A DNA stretch of 64,000 nt. It comes from Camelus dromedarius. Taxonomy: Eukaryota. Shown one piece after another: positions 23,976 to 37,461 of this stretch (its first letter is position 1; each line of letters begins with the position of its first letter). The position numbers were made by a program, and so were the translations under genes. The notes under the pieces are model-generated. The model saw nothing but the letters and a program-made list of their open reading frames with translations, had not been told where the DNA came from and did no database searches. The stretch spans positions 67,644,001 to 67,708,000 of the forward strand of contig NC_087436.1 in the NCBI RefSeq assembly GCF_036321535.1. Reading direction: 5' to 3'.

Positions 23976-25919
23976 TTAATTTTATGATAACTATAATAAA
24001 TATCTTTGGTGATTTTTCTTAGTTGTGTTTTCTAAAAAAATAAATCAGTTGCAAAATGGACTGACAGGAAAGGGAGAAGAAAATGCAGTCAAGGTCAGAT
24101 TTGAAATTTTTAAAGCAAATTTTTAAAGAAAATAACAAATCATGCAACCAGGATCATATTCAGACAGTAAGTTGTAGCTTAGACTGGTATGTTACTTATT
24201 ACTTCTTAATATTATTTATCAGATAAACTTTCCCAAATCCAGACACCTGAAAAATAGCATTTGTTTATGTCTTAATTAATTAGAATATCTTATAGGACAA
24301 AGGAGATGTTTCAGAATCACATTTCCATTTGAAATTTGAAACTCTTCCATGAACTGGGCTTTTCCAAAGGATCTACCTCTCTGAACTTGTTTCCTTTTCT
24401 ATTAAGTTTGAGTAATACTCACAGCAAAGAATTAATGAGATTAATTGAGGCATGTTTAAATAATCAAATATAGTACCTCATTTGTTAACTTCCCTTCCTC
24501 TTGCTTTTTTTCAAAAGCAAATTTGAAGTAATTTTAATTTAACAGCAAATTGAAGACTTACTCTGATTTCATTTAAAATGCTAATTAGGTAACATTTTGT
24601 ACACACAATTAGCATTATATTAATATTTTATTTTTATGGTATTAGAGTCAGGATGAGTCACTACCTTCATGTTTCAACTTGTCAGAGTAAAGGTTAAATT
24701 TTTGAAATATGTGTAATATTTCAATTATATCATTTGCTTATTTGTTCATTTATCCTTAATCAAATATTTCTTGTTGTTACACTTCTTGAATAACTTCATA
24801 TGTTCTACCAACTTCAGTAATACTTAAAACATTCCAGTGTTTGCTTTCTCCAAATCAACTTCCCTTTTCTGTTATTTAATTCTTTTTTTTTTTTAATTTG
24901 ATTGACTCATTTGTGAAACCCAGCTCTTTGTCATGTCCCAAATCATAAGACGGTCATTTTTTAAACCAGAAATGTTTAATTATTTTATTATGAGGCTCTT
25001 TCTTCGGAAATAACTGTACTTTGCTTCTTCTAAGTTGGAAGAATTTATTCCATTTGCCATTTGATTAAAGGAAAACATATCGTAATACTAATGACTGAGA
25101 TATGTTTAGGAGCTGTATTTCAAAGCTTTGCCTATTTCCATTATAAATGAAAGTCACTATAAATATCATGCTTACCAGTGAGTAAACAGAGTCAAATCAA
25201 ATGGTTAGAATTTTTCTGGCTGAAATTTTTATTTATTTCAGGAATGTGAAATAAAATCCATTTTTTATCCATGCTTACAGTTTAAGATATTTGTTTTTTT
25301 TTTTATTTCATATAATTTTATTTTATGTAAATAATCTCCATTAAACTAAAATATCCATGATAATCAGAATTCCTTATATGAAAAGACAGAAAGTATTTAA
25401 ATTGAAAAGATGAGCATTGTTTTAAAACCACCATGTTCAGAGGGCATAAGAATGACTGGAGGGGTAAATCACATGCTCTGGTTTTGAGAGATGTAAATGA
25501 TTGATTTCAGTCACATCACTGTAGATGGAGTCAATAGTGATAGGACTGCGGCTGCATAGGAGGGTCATAAGCGGGACCCTGGCAGTGTATTCCAAAAGGC
25601 CTTCAGGAAACAAGCCCCAGAGGAGCTGTCCATCTGGAGAATGATGGAAGCTTTGTTTTAAAAAACTATTCAGTGACTGCATGAATTGAATATGACACTA
25701 AAAACACAGTATATGGACTGATCCATCCTTATGGAACAATTTGCATTATTGCCCTTGTCCATACTTGCCTCAAGGACCTTTTGGGAGTGATCTACTATCT
25801 CAGCTGTGGTCACAGATTTGCATATTCATACCTTGGGAATTAACATGCTGTGGACTAGCTTTCCGCAAATATCAAGACTCTTTTGAGTTATCTCAGGATC
25901 TTGTAAAACATAGTTCCTA

Positions 25920-26025
25920 CTTCAGGTGAGTCTGGGGTGAGGTTTAAGTACTCTAAGCAAGCTCCAGGGTGACACTGGCATTTCTAATCCATAGGTCACT
26001 TGGTTCAAAGCTTGTCTGAGTAGCA
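25920..26025. mobile_element. MER5-like hAT fragment
   Basis: gagtctggggtgagg...taagcaagctccagggtga...tgagtagcaag. Confidence 0.5.
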
Positions 26026-28636
26026 AGCAAGGTTGAAAGGAATCAAGAAACATAATATAAAAGAAAACTGAAATAAAAGAGATACTTTATCATTACACTG
26101 AACCACAGAGACCAAAATGTGGAGCCAACATGAAAATACTCTCCTTCTCCCTTTCCAGGTTCCCTTTTCCCTCTTCTGGCTTAACTTGTTTTATTTATTT
26201 CTTACATGGGAATAGCTATTGATTTACCAGTTTAGATAACTAATAATCTCTTACTTACAGGTACATGATAAATCATTAATTAAGATCAATAGTAAATTAA
26301 AAGTTCTTCTTATGTAAGATTTATCCATCTTCTGTATGTAGTAAAATCATCAAGTGAGAAACCTGGAGCAATTATTTCAAAATCTATCCCATTATTTACC
26401 ATTTAGGTGATGTTAAGGAGGTGAGTTATTTTTTGGTTTTGCTTCTGTTTCTCTAGATACAAAATGTTAAAGATGCTGTGTGCACTAAGTGACATCATGC
26501 AGGTAGTGTCTGCTGCAAATCTGATACTTAGTCCATGTCTCTGTCCAATATTTCTTAAACTATCTTTAAATATTGTGTTCTTTGATAATCCTCAAAGTAT
26601 TGTGACACAGATCATAAGAATATTTTTTCCTTAACTTCATTTTAAATCAGTGCAGTTTTGGAAAAAAATTTATTTCTGATTAATTGCTACTTTATTTAGC
26701 CAAGTGGTTTTTAAGAAATGTCTAGGTATCTAAGAAGAATTAGTCATCTTTAAGCTTTAAAAATCTCATTGTAGCCACTATATCCCTCTCAAAACAGAAA
26801 ACAGTTTCAGGACAAAACTCACCTCTAATCTTTAAATGATTCACTGTTTAAAAAAATTACAGAGAAGAGAACGCCTTTGCAACATGTTGATGACTAACAT
26901 ACTTGGTATTTTTTGGGTGCTCATTCAACCTCTCTATGTGAAATAATTATCAGGTGCTTAACCTGGTACCTGACAGTAATATTTTCAGAGCCATTATTTA
27001 TCAACTATATGAATTACATACACATGGAAAGTTACTTCTTGTTGTCAGTGGACTCTGGCAAGTAAACCTGGACCTGGCTACTCGTTCATACTCAGGAAAT
27101 CAGAGGAAAGAAGTCTTTGTAGATCTATTTTTACATTTTGAACATTTTCTCTCTTTCCCCTCAACATAATATTATAAATTGAACAAAATACACTAAAGAC
27201 ATAACAAAATAAAATTGTGGATTTCTTTCGTGAAGAACAAGGGAGATACTGCCTTATCAACTCATAATGCTATCATCTGAACACATAACAGCCATGGACT
27301 CTAGCTAAATTTATCAAATCACGTATGTGGATTCCAAATGCAAATGTGTCCATAATGTGATTTTGAACTAAATTTGTTCAGTTTAATTATAATTAAATAA
27401 GCACTTTAAGGGCTTTTGTTATAATGTATGTAAAGGATTTTAAATATGAGACCATCTGAATTTATGGCATTATTGTTGGAAAATTTATTCTCTATTTACA
27501 ATATTAAATAAATCAAAACATTTCAAGGGTAAATAAATAAAGGAGGCATCAGAATTTTGTAGAGTAAATTTGAGGAAAGCAATTCTTCTCATAGAAATTA
27601 ATTTTATAAGCCAATACTTAAAGGTTGATCTTTGGATAATTTGAAAAACAAAACAAAAACAATGGCCAAAATCTCCAGTATAAGAACCCTGATGCAAGGA
27701 GTAGGTACCTAGGCAAATTTCCAGTGTTAACAAAATTGAGGTTCAGAAACACAAAATAGGAAAGGACTCCACTTCCAAAGACCTCAGAAACTAGAGGAAA
27801 ATGAACCCAGAAAGTCCCCCTTAGTCTTACTGGTTAAGATTTATAACCCATGTCTGAGTAACAAGCAAGTAGAACTTATGTTAGGATTCCTGTATATATT
27901 TTGATGTTCATTTTATATAATTATGCATAGCAAACTGTGTGAGGCTCTAGGGAGAGTATAGGTTCATTTATTCTCAACAGGTTCACTAAGGACTTTACAA
28001 AGTCATCATAAGAGATATCTCCACTTTCTAAGGAGATATGGAACCAGGTGGAAACCTTATCTAGAGACTTCTTGATGCATGTTGTCTGTCATTCCAAGCT
28101 GTGCTATCATTCCAAGTGTGCTACAGGCTCATTGTTTGCAGATCCATTTGGTATTGGCATAGGCCCATATTTAAAGTCCATTTAATTGCAGAAGAGTTAT
28201 TATTTGAATATTATGAAAATTTGCTTCTCTCTAGTAGTCAAATAAATGATTTTCTCCTGATTCATGTCCTATTAGGGTATTTCAGTTGGATCTTATCTCC
28301 TGTAACTTGATATACTTTGCAGTATTCTGCATCTGAATACTCTGTCCAAATGGTACATATCTCCATAAGAAAGGACTATTGTATCTCTTTTGTTGACAAA
28401 AAAGGCAATTTCCCAAATAGGGACAAATCTAGGCATGGAACTCTCTTATTCTACTGGGAAGAAACAGAGCTCTTCAACTCTTCTTCTGTAAAACTACCAA
28501 GCATTCTGTGGGGATTAACATTTCTTTTCTCTCTTATTTCATTATCTTACGACTTATGTAATTTGTAGAATAGAAAGAATGCATCCATTTAATATCTTTC
28601 TCTGTAAGCTTCCTCATCAACAAATTGAGGACAATA

Positions 28637-29230
28637 CTGTATTTCAATGAATTGAATATACTATTACTGTAATGCACATCATTATGTACCACAGAGAAAG
28701 ACAAAAGCAACCAATTAAATTATTACACTACACATCACCAACAGTATTGGATATGTTAATCATTTCCATAAATCTATTGCTACTTTGAAATGTCTTTCAA
28801 ATATTCAAGGTGTTTGGCAATTTCTCTTGTCTTTAGTAGCACTGCTTCGTCCGTGATAGGAATCCTTCTGTGTTTCAGGAATAAAGAATCATACAACCTC
28901 AAAGCCATGATTCTCAAATTTTAAGCATCCAAATCACCTGAGGAGCCTACTAAAAAGTAGATTCTAGTTTACCAGGTCTGAATGAAGCCTACAACTCTGC
29001 CTTTAAAACAAGCTCCCAGCTATCTGAGACCACACTTTGAGTAGAAAAGGTGTAACACACTTGGTTGAGTCTTCCAAGGAAATAAGGAATTGTGTCATTT
29101 TTCAAATGGCAAATATTTGCTTAACTATTTCTTTTTCACAGATGTTCTGTTTCTGTGTCCTTCCGGACATAAAGTAACTTTCTATTTCAATGTTAACCCA
29201 GAGGTTATTGTTTATGAAGTACTCTAAACA
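28637..29230 (-). mobile_element. Tc1/mariner-pogo superfamily relic (Tc2/Kanga-like) with transposase N-terminal remnants
   Basis: TA followed by ctgtatttca terminus; minus-strand peptides KVTLCPEGHRNRT (29181-29143) and IPITDEAVLLKTREIAKHLEY (28863-28801) resemble pogo/Tc2 DNA-binding (CENP-B-type HTH) motifs. Confidence 0.65.
28903..29050. mobile_element. MER5-like hAT MITE nested in the Tc2-like relic
   Basis: gattctcaaatttt...atcacctgaggagc...aacaagctcccag...gaccacactttgagtag. Confidence 0.75.
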
Positions 29231-29619
29231 AATAGCATACCAAGAGCCTACCTAGTTCAACTGAAATGACAGCGGCTGGAAAAGCTTTAGCCAATGTTGT
29301 GCCATGGAGTGACAGTGGTGAACTGCCCCTGAGACTTATGCTTCTTGAGAGCAAGGGCAGTTGAGAAATCCCCGTACCATCTTGTGTTCCGAGGAACAGG
29401 CTCACCCTGCCCTCTCATATTCCAGCATGGAAATCACCTCCCTTCTTCCCCAGGATGCCCTGGCTTCCCTGCCTCAGTAAGACACCAGGTCTTCTTCCTC
29501 TACTCCGAGGCCATCCTCAGTAATGACCACGCTCCCTACTGCAGCAGCCGGGATGTAGTCTGCATAATTGTTCAGCTCATACTGTCTCTCACAGCAGGCA
29601 GTTTCTATTTTCAGACTAT

Positions 29620-29750
29620 CGCACAGTGGATAAATACACGGACCCTAGAGTCAGATTAATTAGTTTTTCATCCTGGCTTTCCTGCTCATTAGCTGTGTAA
29701 CCTTACACAAGACATTAAAACTTCCTAAACCTCCAAATCTCCATTTCAAT
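29620..29750 (+). mobile_element. MIR SINE
   Basis: cagtggataaatacacggaccctagagtcaga...ttagctgtgtaacctt. Confidence 0.75.
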
Positions 29751-29784
29751 GTGACTAAAAGCAGGAGAGTAAAGTATTTTTATC

Positions 29785-31130
29785 CGACTACATCACTTTC
29801 CTACTCAAAAACCTGGGAGCTTCCATTCACTCCACTTAGTGAAAATCGCAAACCCATTCCTAGGGCTTGGCTGCCCCTTGAAATGGTCCTCCCTCCTCTC
29901 CCCTCCCCTCCATAACAATCTGCTTCTGCTCACTCTACTCATGCCGAAATGGCCTTTTCTTCCATCTGGGGAACTCCTGAAGCCATTTCCCATATATCTA
30001 GGCTTTTCCCTGTGCTGTTCCCTCCTTCCTAGGTGTTCCACACGTACTGCCATGCTTGGCTTCTCCTCACCACTCTAGTCTCTGCTATAATGTCACGTTC
30101 TCAAAAAGGTCGAATCCTTTCCCTGAAATCCCTACCTGAAATACCCTTTTCCCCTCACCACTATCTATTCCCTTCCTACATGATAACACTTTCATATCTG
30201 TAATTCTAATGGTTTCTTTACTGCTTGTTTCCTCTTAAGAATGTAAGCTCTAAATGAAGCAACTTACAAAATTGATGGGGCCCAGTGAAAAATGAAAATT
30301 TGAGGCTTCTTGATCAAAAACAAGCACTAAGCAAAGTTTTCTTCTTTTTTCTGTGATCTCTCTCTTTCAAATTTTCATGTTTTTTATCTGGTATCTAATG
30401 TAATTCTAAGTAAATATTTGTAATGTATTAGCATGAATTTTACAGTTCTTTTTATTGTGCAATGACATTTTAAATGAAAATGTGGGAACATTTACCTCAT
30501 GCAAAAAAAAAAAAAAACACACACAAAGAAATTAAATAGTTCATACATATCAATCTACCCAGAAGAGTGGAAACATTACACGACCCCACTCTTTTTATTT
30601 GACTTTTTGATACAGGCACATTCTACCAATACACTCCACCTTTGGCTTCCTGAAGGTAAGGAAGCACTGAAGGAAAAGGAACTATGGGTTACAGTATCTT
30701 CCCCTTTCCTTCTCTGCCAACATTTTCTGCATAAGTGGTTGGTGGCCTCCATAAGTTATTTATCTTGTTACTTGCTTTGAGTCCCACTGAATCTTTGTAC
30801 ATCAATGGTCCACCAGAATTCCGGGGTCAAGTAGCTTCATGAATGCTATACATGAGTGGTATAGAAAGGAAACATGCAGACTATATGTACCCTTCTGAGC
30901 ATGTTTTCTTATTGCAGTTTCACATCAGCCTTCAAATACAAAATAGAAGCTCAGTAATAACATTACATATTTCAAGATGGCAAAATCAGAGATTTAAAAC
31001 CAAGAGGGGGTTCTTCTGAACATGGGGGGACAGCAACCTGGCTCCATTAGCTCAGGAACCCTCACACTGGTTCATTTCTGTACTACTAATGACCAAATAA
31101 TGCTTGGGCATGCAGAAAATGAATAACTAT
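29785..31130 (+). mobile_element. L2 3' region (L2a-like), split by a MER45-like insertion
   Basis: catcactttcctactcaaaaacc...gaatgtaagctc (to ~30255), resuming ~31050 with the L2 terminal segment. Confidence 0.7.
30258..31045 (-). mobile_element. hAT-Tip100 DNA transposon (MER45B/C-like)
   Basis: ggggcccagtgaaaaatgaaaat...cttgatcaaaaa at one end and atttcaagatggc...aaaccaag...ttctgaacatgggg at the other match recalled MER45 ends. Confidence 0.75.
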
Positions 31131-31140
31131 TAAAAAAAAA

Positions 31141-32093
31141 TTTTTTTTAATTGAAGTATAGTCAGTTTACAATGTTGTGTCAATTTCTGGTATACTGCAT
31201 AATGTTTCAATCATATATATACATATATATTCCTTTTCGTATTATTTTTATTATAGGTTACTACAAGATATTGAATATAGTTCTCTTTGCTATACAGAAG
31301 AAATTGTTGTTTATTTTATATATAGTAGTTAGTATCTGCAAATCTCAAACTCCCGATTTATCCTTTCCAGCCTCCTTTCCCTCCGGTAACCATAAATTTG
31401 TACTCTATGTCTGTGAGTGTTTGTTTTGTAAATAAGTTCATTTGTGTCTTTTAATGATATCACATGGTATTTTTCTTTCTCTTTCTGGCTTATTTCACTT
31501 AGAATGACAATTTCTACATCCATTCGTGTTGCTGCAAATGACACTATTTTATTGTTTTTTATGCCTGAGTAGTAATCTATTATATATATATACTCCATTA
31601 TATATATTTTTAGATATATATATGTATACACACACGCCACATCCTCTTTATCCATTCATCTGTCGATGGACATTTAGGTTGTTTCTATGTCTTTGCTATT
31701 GTAAATAGTGCTACTATGAACATTGGGGTGCATGTGTCTCTTTGGATAAGAGTGTTCTCCAAATATATGCCCAGGAGTGGGATTGTTGGATCATATGATA
31801 ACTATTTTTAGTTTTTTAAGGAACCTCCATACTGTTCTCCATAATGGCTACACCTATTTACATTCCGCCCAAAAGTGTAGAAGAGTTTCTTTTTCTCCAC
31901 ACCCTTTTCGACATTTATTATTTGTAGACTTTTTATTGATGGCCATTATGACAGGTGTGAGGTGATAACTCATTGTAATTTGGATTTGCACTTCTCTAAT
32001 AATTAGTGAAATTGAGCATCTTTTCATATACTTATTGGCCATCTGGATGTCTTCTTTGGAGAAATGTCTATTTAGATCTTCTACCCATTTTTC
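31141..32093 (-). mobile_element. 5'-truncated younger L1 (ORF2 C-terminus plus 3'UTR)
   Basis: Poly-T start; track ORF 31854-32150 ([49 protein letters not shown]) is the L1 ORF2 cysteine-rich end. Confidence 0.93.
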
Positions 32094-33167
32094 AAAATAA
32101 ATACATGAACATTTGTGGTGAGGTTTATATCCCACATGAATTCTTTGCAAGGTACTGGGTAAGTAGTAAGTTAGCTATTAATAATGCTGTTATTAGTAGT
32201 TGTTACATCATTATTACATATTAGATAATTTCTAAATTACTTCTGGAAAATGAACAGTATGTCTTGAATTAAAAATCTTCTTGCGCATTCACTCTAATTA
32301 TAGGATTACTTGATGTGGATTGAAGGTGGGAAAATATAAATGAATTAATTAGACTTCTACTAGCCTCTCAAGTAGAAGTTTTGGTGAAATAGTAGATTCA
32401 CTTACAATTTTAGTGGTAAAAAGAATACTTCTGGGTTAGATACAGTTTAGTTACCTACATATACATTGTACTCAATGACACTAAGTAAATGTCATAACAT
32501 GTATATTTGGTTTCTGAAAAACTTTAGCACTTCAATTTTACTACATAGTTTGAGACTTAGAAGAAGCAGTGGTAAATTATTTTTGAGACCCTCCAACTCT
32601 GTTCCCAGGTGCTTTGCTATGAAGATATATCTAAAATCTTCTTTTATGGAAAATTTTCAAGGCTCAAAGCACTAGTACAGTTCATATTAGCACTAGATGG
32701 GGAGCAGTTATGCTGACATCTTCCATTTTTAAATAATTGAAAAGCCTAGATTCCCTTTATAAGCTTATTTCACAGAAGGTGGAATTAAATATTTCAATCT
32801 TGCTGCTCACACATTTTTTTTTTTTAGAATAATGTCAAATTAGGTTCTAAATAATTAGTCTACTAATATTTGCAGAATATCTCTATGGTGAGTCAAAATA
32901 ATTGGAATGAGAGGGAGTCAAGAAAGTATAAGACATTTTACCCTCATTCACATGATTTTTTAAAAAGACTATAATGAGATATTTCATGATAATGTACATT
33001 TAATAACCAGTGAATCATATTTAACTTAAGGTCTGGCCACTGTATCAAAGGGTAAATATGTAACAAACAAAACATACAGCTGCTTAAAAATATGTAAGCT
33101 TACATTCCTCTCATATGACAGCCTAAGCATCCCAAGAATGATGTGGCAGCTGAACAAAGTTGGGGGC

Positions 33168-34063
33168 TGTAAGGAAAAAGAGGGGGGAAAAGTACTCAAG
33201 GGAAAACTATGCATTGTCTACAGTGTACCCTTCGGAGTAATTTGATACTGATTCTGTAGGAGCTATTTTACAGCTATTTTAATTGTAGATAATTGACAAC
33301 AGTATAAAATGACACTTCTCTATACATATACAGATTTATCTGGTGTGAAAAGATAAACTATACTCTCCTACTTTTGCCCCTATTTTCACATTAACTATAA
33401 TACTCCGGATTTATAAATGTCCTGTTGTTCAGATTCTCCTTTTGTAATAGAGAAGAACAATCTGACTCCATATTGCAACTGTTTCTTTTACTTTAACCTG
33501 TGTATTCTACTGTTTTTACTACAAGTTAAAAATGTTGCCTGTAGCCTGAAATATACAGGATAGCCCATTCTCAAGGCTCTAACCTTTAAAATTATAACAC
33601 TTTTCCATTGTTATAAAAACAAAAAGTTGCAGAACAGAGAATAACCTTTGTCTTGTTGGAGATTTACAGGAACATGATGACCTGACCTATGTGGATAGCT
33701 GTAAGAACAAAGGATTCTGACACCAAGAAGTTTGTAGCAACTAACCACACTGCCTTACCCCTTTTAGTATAAAAGAAGCCTGAATTCTAACTCAGAGAAG
33801 ACAGTTCTTTGGGATATTAGCCCTCCATCTTCTTGGTCTGCTGGCTTTCCGAATAAAGTAGCTATTCCTTGCCCAACAACTTGTCTTTCAATTCACTGAT
33901 CTGTAGTGTGGCGAGCAGTATGAGCTTGGACTGCATAATACTTTGAACAATTAACACTTTACGAGTTTCCTCATTAATGATTTAAATAAAATCATAAGTA
34001 CATGTTGATTTGTATATCTGTAGAAGGGTCATGATTTTACCTTCAAAGCGTTATATTTTAACA
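33168..34063. mobile_element. Unassigned LTR-like insertion inside the MLT1
   Basis: tgtaa...ttaaca termini with near-TSD gggc (33164-33167) / ggac (34064-34067); itself interrupted by the LTR at 33443. Confidence 0.45.
33443..33940 (+). mobile_element. ERV1-type solo LTR, 498 bp
   Basis: Starts tgtaa, ends taata (probably mutated taaca); 4-bp TSD cttt (33439-33442, 33941-33944); TATAAAA 33768-33774; AATAAA 33852-33857. Confidence 0.88.
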
Positions 34064-34414
34064 GGACTCAGTATCCTTCTATCATCTCACTCTGCCATCC
34101 ACAACACGTAACTTTTGTGTCGTAAACTACAATGTCTGTTCCAACTTCTACTCTCCTGTCCACATTCCATCCAGCAGGGCTTGGAGAAGGCAAAAGAGAG
34201 GGCAAGCCTTTTTCCTTTCTGGAGGTAGCACACCTTATGTCCACTCACTTCTCATTGTCCAGAATTAGGTCTTTCTTACTCACTGGCAACAGGGCTGGGA
34301 TATGTTGTCATTACCAGCTCAGTCCTGGCCTAGCATCAAACTGAATTCTAATTACTAAAGGAAAAAAAGGGAGCAACAGACATTGACCAATCATTGTCAG
34401 TCACTGCCACAAGT

Positions 34415-34980
34415 AGTTATATGGGGCGAACAAGACTGCCTTAATGTTCTCTTCAGCTTGACTAATCTTTTAAGTCTTCTAACTCTATGCACTTGATCTC
34501 CCTTTTCTTAGAGTATTTAACTTAGAAAATGTATAACAGTAAATTCCTTTTCTACCCCTTTTAGATACAAACCTCTTTAAAAGTCTCTTGTCTGATCTAC
34601 AACCCAACTATATCTTTCTCAAGGACCTAGGAACCATCTCTTTGAAATATAGTCACCAAAGAAGATAGACCCCCTATCACCCAATCTCTGTGAAATGGTA
34701 GAGATCTCCAATGCATGGGCCAGTGCCATGAACAAACACAGACAGCATAATCAGAGAGGAAAGCATTTGCAAAACCAGAACTAACTCAATGGGATCCACA
34801 CGTCCCAATGGTCTTTCTCTCTCCTACTATTCTCCAGTACTTTTGCAGTAGCTCAACCTCTGTCTTTTGTCTAGTGGAGTTGAGCTCAGACTGTGTTCTG
34901 GTCTCTTTCTCCTATTGCAGTAGCCTTGAATAAAGTCTCCCTTCCCCATTTAACACTTTCCAGTGTAATTTTGGCTGTAA
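34415..34980 (+). mobile_element. ERV1 LTR (MER31/MER67-like)
   Basis: cagcttgactaa, ctttctcaaggacctaggaaccatctctttgaaat, cctattgcagtagccttgaataaagtc. Confidence 0.8.
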
Positions 34981-35544
34981 TGGGGGGTTTGGATCAAGGA
35001 GGCATTACAACGTGCTAAAATTATCTGTGAAGACATCTTCATGGAGAAGGGACCAACTTGTGTCTTAAGAGTTTAGTACGACTTTCATAAATGGAAGGGT
35101 ACAGAGATTCATTTTCCAAATTTAAAAATAGTGTACCATCTGGTAGAGAGAGAGTTTCTTCTGACACAACGATTCAACTATATAAGATTCAAATAAACTC
35201 AGATGCAGGTAAGTTAGAAGAGCAGTAGCCTAGTGTTCATGACTGTGAACTCAACAGCTCATGTCCCTTCTGAGGAGGCAGCCCTGTTTGGTCCCATCTG
35301 GTTGCTATTATGTGGTCAGATTTCTTAATTTTTAGGAATAAACTGGACCACAGACTTTTATTCTGAACCTCAATTTTACCTATGTATAATCAGTTCAAAG
35401 TTAGAAAAACGTGTGGCACTCAACCAATCACTAGGTTACACAAAATTTGCTGTACTTTATGTCTTTTCAAATAAAAACTAATATTTGAGGCATTAAATAA
35501 TAGAAAGAGAGGTGTGTTTATTTGAGAAGTGAATTACTTCCTAA

Positions 35545-35690
35545 TTTTGTCATTGTAGCAACTTAATTAATTTTTCTGAGTCTGGGTTCCCTCATCTGAA
35601 ATCCAGATAATAACTATTACACAGGATTCATTTGTTGATGTTGAGACAATGCACATAAAAGTATTTGGAACATGTCAAACATAATAAAAA
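35545..35690 (+). mobile_element. MIR SINE fragment
   Basis: tctgagtctgggttccctcatctgaaat core followed by the MIR 3' part. Confidence 0.65.
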
Positions 35691-37069
35691 GTATGAGTGA
35701 CAGAAGAGTTCCTAATAGAAATTATACATGTTGACATAGCCATCTGTCTGATGCCCTTACAAAAGACATACAAAATCCTGTTTGCAAAATGAATATAAAA
35801 ACACTATTTACTTCATAGGACTATGCTGAAAACTGAACAAGATAATCCACGGAAGGTGTTCAGCACGGATTATGTTAAGTAGATAATAAAAGCCTGTGGC
35901 TATTAGTAGGAGTAGGAGTAGAACATAGCAAAAACCGTGTTCCCTCCCAGTCAGCCAGGAATAACGGCACCTTCCTGAGAATAGCTAAAGTGGGGAAAAG
36001 AAGCAAACAAACAAAAACATCATACCACCAAGTTCGCCAATTACACCGTGGAATATTAATGCTCATTTTATGCTGATGCTGCTTTAATGTTAATTGGGAA
36101 TCCAGAGCTTCCTTTATGCACATAATGAATATTTTTCCCATGCTCTACTTATTCATCCCTGACAATTACTAAATTAATTACTTCAAATCGGAGCTCATAC
36201 TAGTTTTTAACCCTTTCAGTCTGCACTCACTGTGGAATTTAAATTTGGTTCTCAAAGTATTTTCATTATTGATATAAGTATGTAAATAAAATGCCTATAA
36301 AATATGATCAAAGTTCTTCTGAACATAATAATGTAGCAGATATAGGAAGATTTGAAAATGCAGGTCCTACAAAAAGCTTAGTTTGATCAAAAACTGTCAA
36401 TGCAATTTACTTGATACTGACATTCCTTGGCCTCTGTACTCACACAACATGCGAACTTAAAATATAACTTGGAGGAATATGAAATCTATTTACTTGGCTA
36501 AAAACTAGTAAAGATCCACCAAATTAATAAGAATATATAAAACTTAATATGCAGACAATATTTGGGCCTTTCTTAGGGACTTTCATCTTGGGTGTCAACT
36601 GAGCAGAGAGAGATACATATAGGAGCAAGAAAATGTCTGTTAAAACTCCAGAACTTTTGATGATTGATAATAAAGTCAGCAGGAAATTTTAATAACTTTG
36701 TAAAAATAAAAGTCAAATATCATCTCTAAAATAGTTTGGTTATTAAACTGAATTGTTAATTTCCAACTAAATATTTTGACCTACCCCATAAATAGTAAAT
36801 CGTTTTTTTTTTTTTTTTTTAATCTGTGGTTAACACTTAATGATTTCATCTATGTGTGGATCACGTCACTTTCTGGTTTTATGCTTTGGTGTTGGTTTAG
36901 ACTAGGATGGATGTATCTCGCCAGGTCAAGAGGAAATACTGTCATTGATTTTCATGACCTTGAGAGCACAAGCACATGCATTAACAATACTGCACCATAA
37001 AAGGCTACTGTACCACCACAAGCACTAAACAAAAACATAGAGGCAGATTATTTACATAAAAGGCATACT

Positions 37070-37461
37070 TTATATAATGGAATATTATTTTGTCTAAAAA
37101 AGGAATAAAAGTCTGACATATGCTACAATACAGCATTTATTAAAGACAGTATGTTAAGTGATAGTAAGGTAGGCACAAAAGGACAAAAATTGTATGATTC
37201 TAACTTCGTGATGTACCTAGAGTAGTCAAATTCATAGACACTGAATGTGGAATGATGGCTGCCAGGGGCTGGGATGAGAACGTGATAGGAAGTTATTATT
37301 TAAGGGATGCAGACACTCAGTTTGGGTAGATGAAAAAAATCTGATAATGGATGGTGGTGACAGACACACAGCAATGGTAAATGTGCTTAAGGTCACAGAT
37401 AAAACTCTCCCCAAATAGTTAAATGATAAATTTTATTATGTATATTTTACCACAGCAAAAG
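37070..37461 (+). mobile_element. L1 3'UTR fragment (L1MB-like)
   Basis: tacctagagtagtcaaattcatagacac...ggctgccaggggctggg...tatattttaccaca; TSD-like aaaaggcatact (37058-37069) / aaaagacatatt (37462-37473). Confidence 0.88.

Larger units (their letters stand above)
33035..34410 (-). mobile_element. Old MaLR LTR (MLT1J/K-like) in two pieces (33035-33167, 34064-34410)
   Basis: tccacattccatccagcagg, cacttctcattgtccagaattagg, terminal cagtcactgccaca. Confidence 0.65.
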
